A stretch of 64,000 nucleotides of DNA, taken from the human T2T-CHM13v2.0 reference genome, Homo sapiens. The notes beneath the pieces are model-generated. The model saw nothing but the letters and a program-made list of their open reading frames with translations. It made no database searches and was not told the origin of the DNA. Every line of letters begins with the position of its first letter. Within the stretch, counting starts at the first letter, position 1. The translations under genes and the position numbers were made by a program. Positions 15,226-29,327 of the stretch are shown here, in pieces. The stretch lies in NCBI RefSeq assembly GCF_009914755.1, contig NC_060925.1, one strand, 5' to 3'.

Positions 15226-15470
15226 CAGATCAGCAACCCTAATCTAAAACACTCCAAATCTAAAACACTCCAAAATCTAAAACACTCCAAAATCCAAAAC
15301 TTTTTGAGCACCAACATGACACTCGAAGGAAATGCTACCTGGAGCATTTCACATTTTTGGATTTTTCGGTTAGGAATGCCCAACAAGTACAAATATTCCA
15401 AAATCTGAAAAAATCAGAAACCTGAAACACTTCTGATCCCAAGCATTTCAGATAAAGAACACTCAACCTG
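15226..15470. mobile_element. Tigger4a/MER46-like Tc1-mariner MITE
   Basis: TA|cag...caacctg|TA ends; internal aaatctaaaacactccaa repeats and gaaacacttctgatcccaagcatttcagataa. Confidence 0.85.
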
Positions 15471-15772
15471 TAATGTTACGGTGATCATTTTCCTAGGAAC
15501 GCCATTTTTTTGACTTTAAATTATTTCCGTGGAATAATTTGTGAGTGGGATTACTAGGTCCACAGATATGAATATATTTAAGGACTCTTAATATAGGTAT
15601 GGGTCAGACTGGTGATTTGATGGGCTGTACATATTTATAGGACCACTAGAAAATATAAATTTATTAGTTCTTTTTGCAAATGTCATCTTCATTTTTTGTT
15701 CATTATACTTGCAGTTAATGTACATTGTACTTACCATTTGACCATTAGTGTGGCTTAATTAGCAAAATCACT

Positions 15773-16086
<314 letters not shown>

Positions 16087-17989
16087 TTAAGTATCAGACA
16101 AGCAATTCAAATCCCAACTCAGGCCATTTCCTGTTGTATGCTAAGTGGATGAGCCTCTCACAAAAATAATTTTTTCAATGGTAAATTGGCAACAATGGTG
16201 TCTCCTTTACAAGACTGTTGAAACGATTTGGTGAATTAATCAATACCTGGTGTGTTCGTGGCCATACAGGAAATTATTACTCCTCCTCGCTGTCTCTGCT
16301 TCTCTAATTTTATCTACCTTCCCTCCCACTCCTGACTTCTTCTTGCATGGATTATCCATTCGAGTTCTTTTGATACAAGGTTTTCTAGACTCCATTTTCT
16401 CATGCCAGAATTTATGTTAATAGGGGTCAATTATCAATGTTCTCTAGAAACCTGATCTCTCAATAGCAAGTGCTTAATTAGATTGCAAATCACTGAGGTC
16501 ACTTCTGTTCACCCTGTGAGTTTTCTTGTGTTCACCCAACCAAATGGGAAGTACATTCAGAATAAATACATTTTCATAAATTGCTCATTTTTGAATGCTT
16601 CGTACAGTCCAATTTCTCTTTTAAAAATCTTATCCAAGCTTGTGCCCATTAGGTTTCTCAGAGACTTTTTGACTTGTTTTTCTGCTTCTTTGTCTTGGTT
16701 TCAGATAATACTTCAGTTTAATCTTCTATTTGTTGCATCCTACCCAAGAACAACAAGCTTAATTCTTGTGATAACAAGTGTAGTTTGTCAAGAATTGCAA
16801 GACAAGACCATTGCTAGAAGTTACATTTTGGAATGGTACTGCCATTTGGATTTTGTCTGTCTCATACCCAGTGTCTGTTTTCTAGGCATTATTGCTCATT
16901 GTTGTCTGGAAATTGGTTTTTATCTTGAGGGAATTTGTAGCAGAAACTGTCTTTGAAAGCAATCACTCTTCTTTAAAGCCAAAAGTAATTTCTAATATGT
17001 TATAAGGTATCAGAAAGCCTGTAACAAGCATACAGTTTTTCAATTGGAAAAGCATTAAAAATATCAAATTCTATCCTCTTTCATGAGGGTGAGGCAGTTT
17101 GGGGGCTGCCAAAAGATTTTCTAGTCTCTCACCTTCATGATAAGATATTGAGCTGTGTAGGAAATATTCTAAGCAGTTCCACTTTAGGAGTTTAAAAGAA
17201 AACATGGGAGGGAGGGAAAAGGAAGGTAAAAAATTCCTCTGCAATCTTCCCAGCTTCAGCAACTGTATTTCACAACTCTGGAGAATCCCAGAGGCTCCTT
17301 TAGATATTATTTTACATGAGCCTTCTCTCATTAAGTGTCAGAGAGAAGGTTTCTTCCTTTTTGCATTTTTAAGCCTGCTTTCCCCGCATATCCATGCCCA
17401 CTATCCCTGTTTTCGCCTGTTACAAATGAGTGCTAGCTTCTTTTTCTACCTGAATAGACAAGACAGTTCTAACTTCTTGTCAGCATCAAAGACCCTTGCC
17501 CCAGACGCTGCACCAGCAAAGTTACTAAAGTACTAAGGATTTCAGAGGTGGACATCACAAGGCTTGAGAGAAGCTCATAGATAACAATTAAGTCTGCAGG
17601 GGAAATTTGAGGATCATACACAGCTGGATTCAGACAGAATGACCAGTTTTTCTGTAGTTGCTGGACAGTACAAAGTAGCCTGCCATGCCTGCCATGTGTA
17701 TTACAGAGAAGTCTATTATTGAAACTCACAAGGTGAAAAAATGTGGACCTGATCATAGTTGAGTGTGTCTGCCCCATGCTTGCATTTATGATATTGGAAA
17801 CAGGAAGGGTGAGATTGGAAACAGTCCATTTCTGCCCAGAGCCCACTCTGCAGCATGTAACAGCAAAGCATTCACTGTCAAGAAATAGTGTATATCATGG
17901 TCATACCACATTCATCATTGTGCCACACTTAACTTCTTCAAGAACCCTGGCATCACAGCTCTCCTTGTGTTGTAAGGGGGACTGGCCCC

Positions 17990-18145
17990 AGTTTTAGCCA
18001 CTACTCCAAGGCTGCACAAATCACCCTGTGGTATTGGGCAAGCTCCTTAACCTCAGTTCCCCTAGCACATGGTAGGGGTGAACTTACACTGCCCAACCTG
18101 TAGGGAGATTGTGAAACCAGAATGAGATAATGTGTGCAAATGATT
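17990..18145 (+). mobile_element. MIR
   Basis: ttgggcaagctccttaacctcagttcc...gattgtgaaaccagaatgagataatgtgtgcaaa. Confidence 0.6.
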
Positions 18146-18764
18146 TCGGGACGAGTTTCAAATTCTGAAAATTCTTGGGGTGTATGCTTTCATTTGTACA
18201 GTTAATCTGATTTGCAGTCATTTAAATCTATAAAAGGATGTTCTGCCACATCGTGTGCATAAGTTTGATTTTCCTCCTGTTGTTCTGAGCCCCCACTGGG
18301 GCAGCTTTCAGAACATGCCATTCCCCTTCACAGCCTCCTGCATGGGAGCATGACGGCTAGATCTCTTTCTCCTCCCTCCCCATCCCATTTCCTTTTGTCT
18401 GCCCATCACTCTCCTACACTGCATACAAGACTCAGGTTAAAGACCCCCTGCTCTGTGATGTCACCCTCTTACCTAACTCTCTGCTCCTTGAACTGGCAAT
18501 GATTTAGCTTTCCACATCCTGAATGGGGGTGATCTACATCTAACTTGGCCTCTTTCCCTCATTAGACTTGGCTTTTTGAGAACAAGACCAAGCCTCTACT
18601 TAATATTTTAACCCAATACCTGCTTCATATTATTTGCTTAGTAAATATTGATCAAAATGATGAGTGAATGTCAAATACTTGTTGCCATGAAATAAGTTGA
18701 ATCGGTAAAGTGGGTGATTCTTAAATTATTTGCCATAAAACATTAGGGGGAACTCATACCTAGT

Positions 18765-19135
18765 TGCGTCTTTTTTTGTGCTGCTATAACAAAATACCAC
18801 AGACTGGGTAATTCACAATCAACAGACATTTATTGCCTTGCAATTTTGGGGGCTGGGAAGTCTAAGATCAAGGCACCGGTATCTGGCCTTCTTGCTGAGT
18901 CACCACAAAGCAGAATGCTGTGTCTTCACATGGCAGAAGGCAGAAAAGCAAAAGAGGAAAAGAGGGAGAAGGGAGACACAGTCAACGTTTTGTACAGCAT
19001 TCTCCCACCCATGAGGTCACAGCCCTCATAGCTTAATCACCTCTTAAAGGTCCCACCTCTTACTACTGTGACACTGGCAATTACATTTCAGTATGAGTTT
19101 TGAAAAGGACAGTCATTCTATACAAAACCATAGCA
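18765..19135 (-). mobile_element. MaLR solo LTR (MST/MLT1A class)
   Basis: gctgctataacaaaataccacagactgggtaat...ggctgggaagtctaagatcaaggcacc...aaaaccatagca. Confidence 0.85.
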
Positions 19136-19530
19136 GCTTTATATCAACCTAATAATATAAATGTCTGTATGTTATGTGTACATATTTTTGGGGGAAGCTT
19201 ATAAAATACTGCCAATTATTGGAAGTTTCTGAGGGCAGGTGACCATATGACAGAAACCATAAGCTGAGGCATTTGTGTTGAACAGGAGGTTACAGCATCT
19301 CATTGTTTCCCCAGTAACTGCTGTGGATCGCGCCCTCAGCGGGATACTAACAGGTGTCATAGAATAAAATAATTTCTTGATGAAGTATATTTGGAAATGC
19401 TGGGATAAATCTCCATTTTTGAAATCTATCATGTAATTAATATTCCATCTCACAATTCAGTGATCTGAGTGTACTACTTGTTGTTCTTTTATCTTATTTT
19501 AAACTTACCCCTTCCCTGTTTCATTTTTAG

Positions 19531-19633
19531 GTTTTGCTGTGGCGTGGCACCTGGTCTCTTTCTAGAAGGAAAGTTCAACATACAGCACAATTCTGGACAC
19601 ATTGTATTGGTTTGATGCTCCTACCTGGAACAG
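19531..19633 (+). other. Candidate internal non-coding (5'-UTR or lncRNA) exon, 103 nt
   Basis: Strong acceptor cccttccctgtttcatttttag|G and donor CAG|gtatgt in non-repetitive sequence; length not a multiple of 3. Confidence 0.6.
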
Positions 19634-20354
19634 GTATGTAAATCTCCAGTACATGATTACTGACATTTTTGAATCATAACTATGGATGTATATTCATTCC
19701 TGTGGATTGCTAAGAATGGAATCTGCTCTGAACAATTAAATTCATGTGTCAGCGATGACTGTCTTTTCTACTTAGAAGCATGTGTTTATATTTTGGCATC
19801 CACAACTCCTGAAGACTACTTCATTATCTTGGTTATATGATAAGCTCAAATTAAGAATATAGCCATTCAAAGAGAGAGGAGAAAGTATACACTTATATGG
19901 TTCTGAAAATAATAAGAATTATCCAGAAATCTATGGAAATCAAATGATGAAATATGACTGATACTCTGGTATGTTATAAGTGTAGTATCTGTAGTCCAAA
20001 ATTCTTACAGAAAAACATCGACTTCTTTCCCCTCCCCAAATTAGTCCAGGCTTAGAGAAAACTGTGTAACAACTCACAGGATAAAAATGACTACATATGT
20101 GAATTAATTAATAGAATTAGATCAATTAATTGACTACTCAAACACTAAGATTTTGTGACAGTTATTCCCTTCATGTATGCCAACATAAATATTACATAAA
20201 AACAAAAAATATGCTGTTTGATAATATTAATGTTTAATGAATTCTCTTGAAGGATATTCTGAAAGTAGATTCTCACTATATATAAATATGTCAGCCTGTA
20301 GCTTCTGTCTAATTCAGACTTACTTGGATGAGCACTGTTTGTGAGTATGTAACA

Positions 20355-20372
20355 TAGATAGGTAGATAGATG

Positions 20373-20407
<35 letters not shown>
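20355..20407. repeat. (GATA)n tetranucleotide STR
   Basis: Direct reading. Confidence 0.95.
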
Positions 20408-20408
<1 letters not shown>

Positions 20409-21259
20409 TAGACATAGGTATGTCACGACACCTATTACATAATATATGCATGTGTGTGTTTGTATATATAGTATGCAATGACTAAGGGATACTTTATTAC
20501 AAGATTGATTGCTTACTTGTATGCAACTTTTTAAAATATTATTAAAAATATAGCAGGCTTGTTGAAATACTTATAAATATTTGGAAAAGTGCCCCATAAA
20601 TTCTATTTTCAACAGGAAAACTACATAACAACTCACCTGCCTCTGCCTCCTCCCCTGCCCCCATCAGAAGTATGTTGAAAATGAAGTTTGGGAAATTGGG
20701 AAGTAGCACAGAGGATAATTAATCAGGTGTGAGCTCAAGACCTAACTCTACTACTTAACAATGGCCTTGGGAAGGTTTCTGTACTTCCTTGGGAAGTGCG
20801 TTATTATTTAAATCTGAACAGGAGGGAGGGAGAGTGAGAGAGAGTAGATAAATTCACCTCTAATTGCAATGTCCCAAATGTACCAGGTCACGTTTATTCT
20901 TAGAGATGTATGAAGTAATTAACAGATGTGTTTCTAAGGTTTTCCAAAGAGTTCTACTTTTACATTCTGTGAGAGTCTGAAATCCATGATTAGAGATTAA
21001 TGTCCCTGATTTAAGGCAGAAATTGCAACTGGTCATCTGCTTGTCAGATCCACCTTAGTTCGTTTATTTTATTATTTATTTTGGGCCTACACAAATTTGT
21101 ATGCATGATAACTAAGAAATTGCCAAATCAAAAAATCAGGACAGTTCACATAAAAATCTGGATTCCCAGTCTTCTCTTTCTCTGTAAATGGTCAGAAATT
21201 CTTCCTCTTAATTTCTGCGTCTAACCCATCCAGTCCTTCACAGTCCGCTCTGAGCCCAT

Positions 21260-21396
21260 AGGTCTCAACCTTCACTGTGAAGAGATACTGGTTCTCCGGC
21301 TTCACCGCAGAAGATTAAATCAACACCTCTCAGGGTGGACCGCGGGCTTCAGAATTTTTTAAAGTTCCTCAAATTATTCCATTGTGCAGCCACTGC
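21260..21396. mobile_element. MER5A-like fragment
   Basis: ggtctcaacctt...ttttaaagttcctcaaattattccattgtgcagccactg. Confidence 0.5.
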
Positions 21397-22215
21397 CCTA
21401 ATACCTTCCCTTCTCTTTGTGTAAAAACATCTCCCAAGTCCAAGTCACATACATCACTTCCTCATCTCACCACTCTTCTCTGATGTCCCTAAATCATCTT
21501 ATTTCTATTCTTGTCCTGTTCAATCCGTGCTTCATCCAATAGCCAGAGTAATTGTCTTTATAGAAAATATCTGGTTGACTCCTGCTTCACCATCTTCAAT
21601 AATAATAGTAATAATAATAATAATTTAGGGTGATCATTTATACTAGGTTGAATGAAGAATCTGACTTCAGTCTTTGTTGAAGGATTGAGTCATTGAAGCA
21701 TTAAATTTTAGGAGCAAATGGAAGAAGACTACAAAAGCTGTAGCAGTACCTTCTGCTTGGTCTTCTCCTCCCAGAAGTGACCCATAGTGATCCTTAGGCC
21801 AAAAGTAATTCACAAGTATAGAAATGACAGACATTGTTTACCTATCCAACAGATTGCCACCCAATCAGGGTCCTGATTGCACCTTACATAGGATCAAAGG
21901 GATGTTGTAATTTGGTAGTGACACTACGATAAGATTAATTTTATGTCACAGCTACCAAAGTGTGTTAAATGTCTCTCCTTCCTAAGTTGTATGATTCAGC
22001 CAACAAAATTTGATATGGGTGAATTTTTAGGCAGAATAACAGAATTTGGTGTGTGCATGTGTGTGTGTGTGTGTGTGGTTGGAGTGCTTGTGGCTGAGGT
22101 CTTTTCTCCTTCTGCTCAGACATGTAGATGACCTTCCTTCCCACTAATGAATAACATTTTATTTGAACTGCGGAGGAGACTTTTTTTTTTCTCCTAAGTG
22201 ACCTTATAAACCATT

Positions 22216-22569
22216 TGTATTAGTTTGTTTTCATGCTACTGATTAAGACGTATCCAAGACTGGGAAGAAAAAGGGGTTTAATTGGACTTACAGTTCCACA
22301 TGGCTGGGGAGGCCTCAAATCATGGCGGGAGGTGAAAGGCACTTCTTACATGGCAGCAGCCAGAGAAAAATGAGGAGGAAGCAAAAGCAGAAACCCTTGA
22401 TAAACACATCAGATCTCATGAGACTTATTCACTATCACAAGAATAGCACAGGAATGACCAGTCTCCATGATTCCATTACCTCCCCCTGGGTCCCTCCCGC
22501 AACACGTGGGAATTCTGGGAGATATGATTCAAATTGGGTTTTGGGTGGGGACACAGCCAAACCATATCA
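22216..22569 (-). mobile_element. THE1 (C/D-like) solo LTR
   Basis: tgtattagt...gggtggggacacagccaaaccatatca; 5-bp TSD ccatt at 22211-22215 and 22570-22574. Confidence 0.93.
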
Positions 22570-22959
22570 CCATTGTTTTAGCCACTGAAATCTTTACTGT
22601 AGACTCTTATGCCCATGGTTACATTTCCCATGGGAAGGGAAGAAGATAAGGTGTCATAAGAAAGTTTTCTTCAGAAAAGTTACCTTTGCAGGTATTTTAA
22701 TTGGGATTTATAAAGACCTTCATAAATTCAAACCACATTGAAGCTAAGTGGAAATTTGGGTCTGTGCCCACATCCCTGGTGCATGGCACAATCACTATTT
22801 TATCCTGTCTTCAACATGAAACCATCAGTGTTTACACCATCAGTGTAAAAATGATCAGTGAAAGACTATAAAAAAGATCAAGCCTCTGTGTTTAAAAACG
22901 TAGCTAAAAACATGTATATGACATTCAAGTAACTGAGACCAATAAAGATGTTATAAATT

Positions 22960-23251
22960 AGTCTGGGTACAGTGGCTCATGCCTGTAATCCCAGCACTTT
23001 GGGAGGCCAAGGTGGGAGATTCAGTTGAGACCAGGAGTCGAGACCGGCCTGAGCTGAACGTAGTGACATCCTGTCTCTACATAAAAGAAATTTAAAAATT
23101 AGCCTGGTGTGGTGGTGCACACCTGTAGTCCTAAATACTTGGGAGGCTGAGGTGGGAGGATGGCTGGAGCCCAGGAGTTTAAGATGACAGCGAGCTATGA
23201 TCATGCCACTGCACTCCAGCCTGGGAGCAATAACTGGTCTCAAAAAAAAAG
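22960..23251 (+). mobile_element. AluJ
   Basis: Alu dimer with gagctatgatcatgccactg; TSD aaagatgttataa. Confidence 0.92.
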
Positions 23252-24199
23252 AAAGATGTTATAAGGTGTTGAATCAACATGTGAGGCATGGTTACCTTCT
23301 TTATTCTAAATTATTTTCATCAGCAAAGCTAAAGTGTGTTTGCAGATCTAATTTATCCAAATAATATGCCCGTGCAGGGCTGTTCTGTGTTTAAAAAAAC
23401 AGCTGATCTTTTAAGCTTCCTCTTAAATATTTATTTTGGAATAAAAATGGGGGCCAAAATACAGAGACACACAAACATACACACACTGAGCATCTCTAGA
23501 GGCACATTAAGGAACAGTGTTTATTAATGAGATGTCTTTGTGTTTCCTTTTGGGATCAAGATGGACTGGCCTCGTGTACAATTCTTCTCCTTCGTGAATA
23601 GAGCTGTAATGAGGTCACAGATTCCTTTCAAGCCATTTTAGGAATTTCTTTGAAAGGATTCAGGCAGCGATATCCCTTATATGTTAGAGTTGTACATTAG
23701 TACAGGCAGAGCTTTTCAACTAATGTAAAGCACCATTTTTTTCTTCTAAATTCCTTATATTCTTGAATGTCTGGGTTCAGAATAAAGGCAAATTAAAATC
23801 TCTGAAAAATCCATCATTTTGCCACTACATGGAAGAGCTACTGGGAGAGAAATTAATAGTATCTGAAATTAACCTTGGATTAAGCTTACTTCATCTTGAA
23901 TTTTCTACTATTTGTTTTATTTGCTATTAACTCCCTTTAATCAGAGAGTTTCCGTAAAACTGACATGCTATTGGTTAGGATTCATTAAAAAAAAAACTGA
24001 CGTAAAATATAAATATGCCCTCTGTTTATTATATGGCAGATACAACATGGACACTTGGTAATTTTGAGTTGATTGTTAAGGTTTGTATTATTTTATGTTA
24101 ATACAACAAATGCTTCAAAAATATATGTTTGTTAATGTCTACTTACTGTTTAGCAAAATTTTTTTGTATCTGTTATTTCTCTGGCACCTTTCATTGACT

Positions 24200-24472
24200 T
24201 TTTGTTTTTAATTGACACGTAATAATTGTACATATTTATGGGGGTAAAGTGTGATGTTTGGATACATGTGTACATTGTATAAAAATTTAATTAGGCTATT
24301 TAGCATATCATGTCACCTCATTTATTTGCAGTAAGAACATTCAACATCCTCTCTTCTAGCTACTTTGAAATAGACAATACAGTATTGTTAACCACAGTCA
24401 CCCTACTGTGTTATAGAACATCAAGACTCATTCCCCCTTTTTAAGTGTTACTTTGTACACGTTGACCAACGT
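24200..24472 (-). mobile_element. L1MA-type 3' end
   Basis: ttaattgacacgtaataattgtacatatttatgggg...ttctagctactttgaaata; attgactttt flanks both sides. Confidence 0.85.
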
Positions 24473-25477
24473 ATTGACTTTTGGGTGTGATTATTTTGGA
24501 ACAAAAGATGTATTCTCCCAACATCCTCAATGCTTAGGCCATATTAGACTTAGGTAAATATTTGTGGAATGAGTAAATGAATAATTCACATCCAATGCAT
24601 TTTTATTTTAAACACAAGCAGATGAAATTATACCAAATCTAGGAAGTGACTTAACCAATGAACTAGATACATGAAGTAATGAGCAATAAAAATGGTAATT
24701 CATCAGATTAGAAGACTATATCTGGTGTGCTCTGCTGAAGCAGAGAGAGAGAGACATCGTTTTTAAAGGATTTGGACAAAGTCAAAGGGCCAAAATAGCT
24801 AATACTTTTATTAGCAGCTCATCTAGATTTTATTCAGGCATAACTGCCCAAACCTTTTCTTTTCACCATTATTTTCATCTTTAAAGTCTTTTTTACTTTT
24901 TTCTGCCATATTAAGGAGATGTGCTAGGTCTAAAGATTCCTAATCGAGGCCTCTTATCTTTAACAACTTTGCTAGAGTCATGTGGACAAACATTAAGAGA
25001 TAAAATTCGACAGCATCTCTGCAAACTCTAGTCTGGTATAGAAACAGCTCTACTTGTGAACAGCTGAATAGCTTCTGAAGTCATCCAGTCAGGTAATATA
25101 TTACCTAAGTAAACTTTCTAAGAAGCATTTGGATCATTCTCTTGCCTCTATTTTTCTATGAAATCTCTGACTTTTCTTGGCAAAGCTTAAACCCAGTTAA
25201 AGATGATATGCTATATATTGCTTCACTTTTGCATTTTAGAAAAAAAAAAGATGGTCCAAAGCAATAGGATGATCTTAGCAATAATATAAGCTTTTCACAT
25301 GTCAAATTATTTTTCTCAGCAATTGTGAAATTTCACTTTGAAGTTAAATTACATTCTCCAGTATAACAACATACTGTGCCTCAGGGAATAAGTAATTCAT
25401 GTATTTAGGATTCCTAACCCATATTCCCGTGTGGGAGAAGATTTTTTAAACAAACCAATTTTTTACCAGAATAAAAC

Positions 25478-25513
25478 CATGGGTGGTTCAGTGGTAGAAT
25501 TCATGCCTGCCAC
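25478..25513 (+). pseudogene. 5'-half of tRNA-Gly(GCC), truncated retrocopy
   Basis: CATGGGTGGTTCAGTGGTAGAATTCatGCCTGCCAC matches 34/36 nt of the human tRNA-Gly-GCC 5' half as recalled; no T arm or 3' acceptor strand. Confidence 0.85.
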
Positions 25514-25574
25514 CACAGAACAATTAAGTAAGTTGTTTCCCCTTTAATCTGCTTGACTAATTTGCTGTTACAGG

Positions 25575-25725
25575 GCACTGCTATGGCCCAGTCCCTGGGT
25601 GAGTCCCCTAACAGGTATTGATGCAGACTTTCTGGCATGCACAGGACAGTCCCCCACAACAAAGAATTATCCAGACCCAAATGTCTCAGGGATTGCCTTA
25701 AGGATGATACTGGGTAATCCCTGAA
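25575..25725. mobile_element. MER20-like fragment
   Basis: atgcacaggacagtcccccacaacaaagaattatccagacccaaatgtc. Confidence 0.75.
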
Positions 25726-25760
25726 AGTTTACAAATGCAAATAAGAAAGGAAGGTGTATG

Positions 25761-26010
25761 GGCTGGGCACAGTGGCTCACGCCTGTAATCTCAGGACTTT
25801 GGGAGGCCGAGGAGTGCGGATCACTTGAGGTCAGGAGTTCGAGACCAGGCTGGGCAACATGGTGAAACCCCATCTCTACTAAAAAATGCAAAAAAATTAG
25901 CCGGGCATGTTGGCGCTAGAACCTGAGAAGCAGAGGTTGCAGTGAGCTGAGATCATGCCACTGCACTACAGCCTGGGCAACAGAGCGAGATTCCGTCTCA
26001 AAAAAAAGAA
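25761..26010 (+). mobile_element. AluS with internal deletion in the right arm
   Basis: Jumps from gttggcgc to tagaacctgagaagcagagg. Confidence 0.9.
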
Positions 26011-26162
26011 AAAAGAAAGAAAAAAAGGAAGGAAGGAAGGAGAGAGAGAGAGAGAGAGGAAAGAAGAAAGGAAAGGAAAGGAAAGAGAGAAAGAAAGAGA
26101 AAGAAAGAAAGAAAGAAAGAGAAAGAGAAAGAAAAGAGAAGAGAAGGAAAAGAAAAGAGAGG
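26000..26162. repeat. Homopurine GA-rich tract (expanded Alu tail)
   Basis: Mixed (GAAA)n/(GA)n/(GGAA)n. Confidence 0.95.
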
Positions 26163-26559
26163 ATGGCATATGGAGAGAGGATGAGAATTTTCTGGGACAG
26201 TGGATGGAGAGAGTGAGATTGGAGATTGGAGGGGAAAAGATAAGAATAGGGGGTGTTTGTAGGTGAACCAAAAGCACCTGTGTGAGGACATGTATTTAAA
26301 AGTAAACAAAACAGAAACAAAAATAAAATCAGCAGAAAAACCTCTCCCTTGCATCTTCTTCTGTATCCTCTCTTGCTCTAGGCCCACTCACCATGTCACT
26401 GGAATTCCCTGTTCTTTAACCTCTGCCTACCTTCTCTGATTTCACAGGGCATTTCGGCTTTAATGAATATCACGATTCATGACACATGTTATGGCTTTGT
26501 CTTACTCTGCAACTGTTTCTGTTCTCCCAGCCACAGAACTCCAGCCGGGACCTGGGTGG

Positions 26560-26705
26560 CTCTATAATTTGAGGAAAGGTATTTAAATTCTCTGAGCTTC
26601 AGTTTCTTCATCTGTAAAAGTAAAAATAGTCATATATTCTTCCCGGGAGTTTTGTGAGGAATAAATGAGTATCCACCACAAAGCAAGTACTTCTTAAATA
26701 TCATA
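26560..26705 (+). mobile_element. MIR
   Basis: ctctgagcttcagtttcttcatctgtaaaag...ttgtgaggaataaatgag. Confidence 0.75.
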
Positions 26706-26876
26706 TTATCTCCCCAGTTCACTATTAGTGGCAATTCATTGGTTTTCTTACAAGAAGGGGGTTGTAACCCATAGTCGTTTGTATTCTGCCATGCACTTCT
26801 CCAAACATTATAGTACAAACAAAGCAATAATGAGAAGTTCCTGCTCCTCTCGTGCATTGGGTTGTGGTACCTCTCA

Positions 26877-27423
<547 letters not shown>

Positions 27424-27699
27424 CTCTAATATGCTCTTTAATAGTCTCCTTCATGATCTTTCTACCATCAGTTTTGTCTCACATTAATTTCTCCTCTGCA
27501 CTGATTCCAGAGTAATCTATAATTTTAAAAAAATGGACTTCTGTTACTCACTACCTTAAAAACTCTTGATTCCATGGTGCCTATAGGCGCTTTGTTCTAT
27601 AAACTTATCATAAAACAGCAGAGTTTCTATGGGAGCTCATCTGAAGCTGTTCCCTTCTGTGAATCATATGTTCCACTGCTCCAGTATTTTATGATTTTC

Positions 27700-28070
27700 T
27701 GGGAATTATCTAAACAGTATACTTGCATGTGCTGCTCATCCTGCCTGGACTACACAGAGCCCTCTTTCCTGGGAAATTGGTGTTCACCTTCAAGACTCAG
27801 ATCCAGTGTCACCTGTTCAGTGATGCCTATCCCTCCTTCTGCTCACCCTTCCCTGGGCAGAGTTAAAAGTTCTCCATGTCTTTCCCCAGAGCCCTTCCTT
27901 CATATTTACGCAGAATTCACCACTCTGCACTATACTTTATCAATTTCATTTATTGCTACTCCTCAGACTGTGAGTTCCTTGAGGACTGGAATCCTCACCA
28001 TATTCATCATAGTACTTTGTCCCTAATGGCAGTGCAAAGTGGTCACTGAATAAATGCTTTCTGGTTGAAT
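27700..28070 (+). mobile_element. L2 3' fragment
   Basis: ttcaagactcagatccagtgtcacctg...agactgtgagttccttgagg...aataaatgctttctggttgaat. Confidence 0.6.
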
Positions 28071-28996
28071 TTTAACGGATCCATGAATTTCTTGATTTAT
28101 CATCATTTTACAGCTAGGGAAATTATGCAATCAACTAATTTGCTCCACATTCTGGAGCATTCAGAAAGATCAGCAGAGAGTTTCATTAACTTGAACTGCT
28201 ACTGACTGCCCCATTCACCTGTTGGAAGAAAGTTCAAATAGAGAAAAATGTAATATACCTGCTTTCTAAGATTTTAATAGCTTTAATAACAGGGAATGGC
28301 ATTCAATTTACTTCATATTATTAACATAAGTGCTTTAAAATATATGATGCTCTCTTAAGAAAAATAGCTATTACTTAATATCAAATGTTATCCATTCATT
28401 CAATATGTATTGATTGTCTTAATATATGTAAGATTATCTATTACATTATTATTTTATTGATACTATATTTTAATAATAATAAAATAATAATATGCTTGGA
28501 AAAATAATAAAATGGTAGCTATGTCCTTTGATGTCCAAGAATAATTGATCCATTTTTACTAAGAATATTTGTACAAGTTTTATATTTGATTTATCACTTT
28601 AGTTTATTTGTTAATAACTCATTTTAATGGCAGCCCCTGCCACTTTTGTAACTCTGGTGGTGGTTCAGAGATTATTCATTAGCATGCTTTATAAGTGATA
28701 ATATTCCAGGGCAATATCATGTAGTATTGCTAATCCGTCGTTATTTATCAGAGCATCATGGTCTTTCTGAGTGAATTAGATCATATTGATAGTACTTAGA
28801 AATACTAAAATTAATCATTAACTTACTGCATAGTTAATTCCATTCTTTTTAAGTTTCAAACTCTTTAACATTGAACAAATTTAACAAATTTGCCATATGT
28901 ACATTATGAGGTCATAAAAACATGCCTTTATTAATATAAATGTGACATGTTTTAACCAGGGACAGTTAAGAAAATATTCATTAGAGTTTACACACA

Positions 28997-29327
28997 TAGC
29001 CACGTGCTGCATAATGATGCTTCAGTCAAAGGCAGACCACAATAGAACAGTGCTCCCATAACATAATAACTACTGTTTCTATGTTCAGATATGTTTAGAT
29101 AGCACAAATACCATTGTGTTACAATTGCCTACAATACTCAGTATAGTAATATGTTGCATAGGTTTGTAGCCTAGGAGCAATGGGCTATCCCATATAACCT
29201 AGGTATGTAGTAAACTATGCCATCTAGGTTTGTGTGAGTACCCTCTATGATGTCCACACAATAATGAAATTACCTAATGACACATTTCTTAGAACATGTT
29301 AATGTCGCTAAGTGATGCATGGATGTA
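28997..29327. mobile_element. Tigger3/MER7-like DNA transposon
   Basis: caaataccattgtgttacaattgcctaca...ggtttgtagcctaggagcaatgggcta...aattacctaatgacacatttcttagaac. Confidence 0.85.

Noticed and set aside
16483-16956. 157-aa ORF
   Set aside because: Non-ATG start, no recognisable domain, composition typical of T-rich non-coding DNA
20631-20640. Perfect minus-strand donor CAG|gtgagt (another at about 37783-37791)
   Set aside because: No convincing paired acceptor; isolated 9-mers are expected by chance
21862-21879. Palindrome caatcagg-gt-cctgattg
   Set aside because: An 8-bp stem is within chance expectation and has no supporting context
25916-26387. Charged or Phe/Leu/Ser-rich ORFs
   Set aside because: Translation of the GA-rich Alu tail
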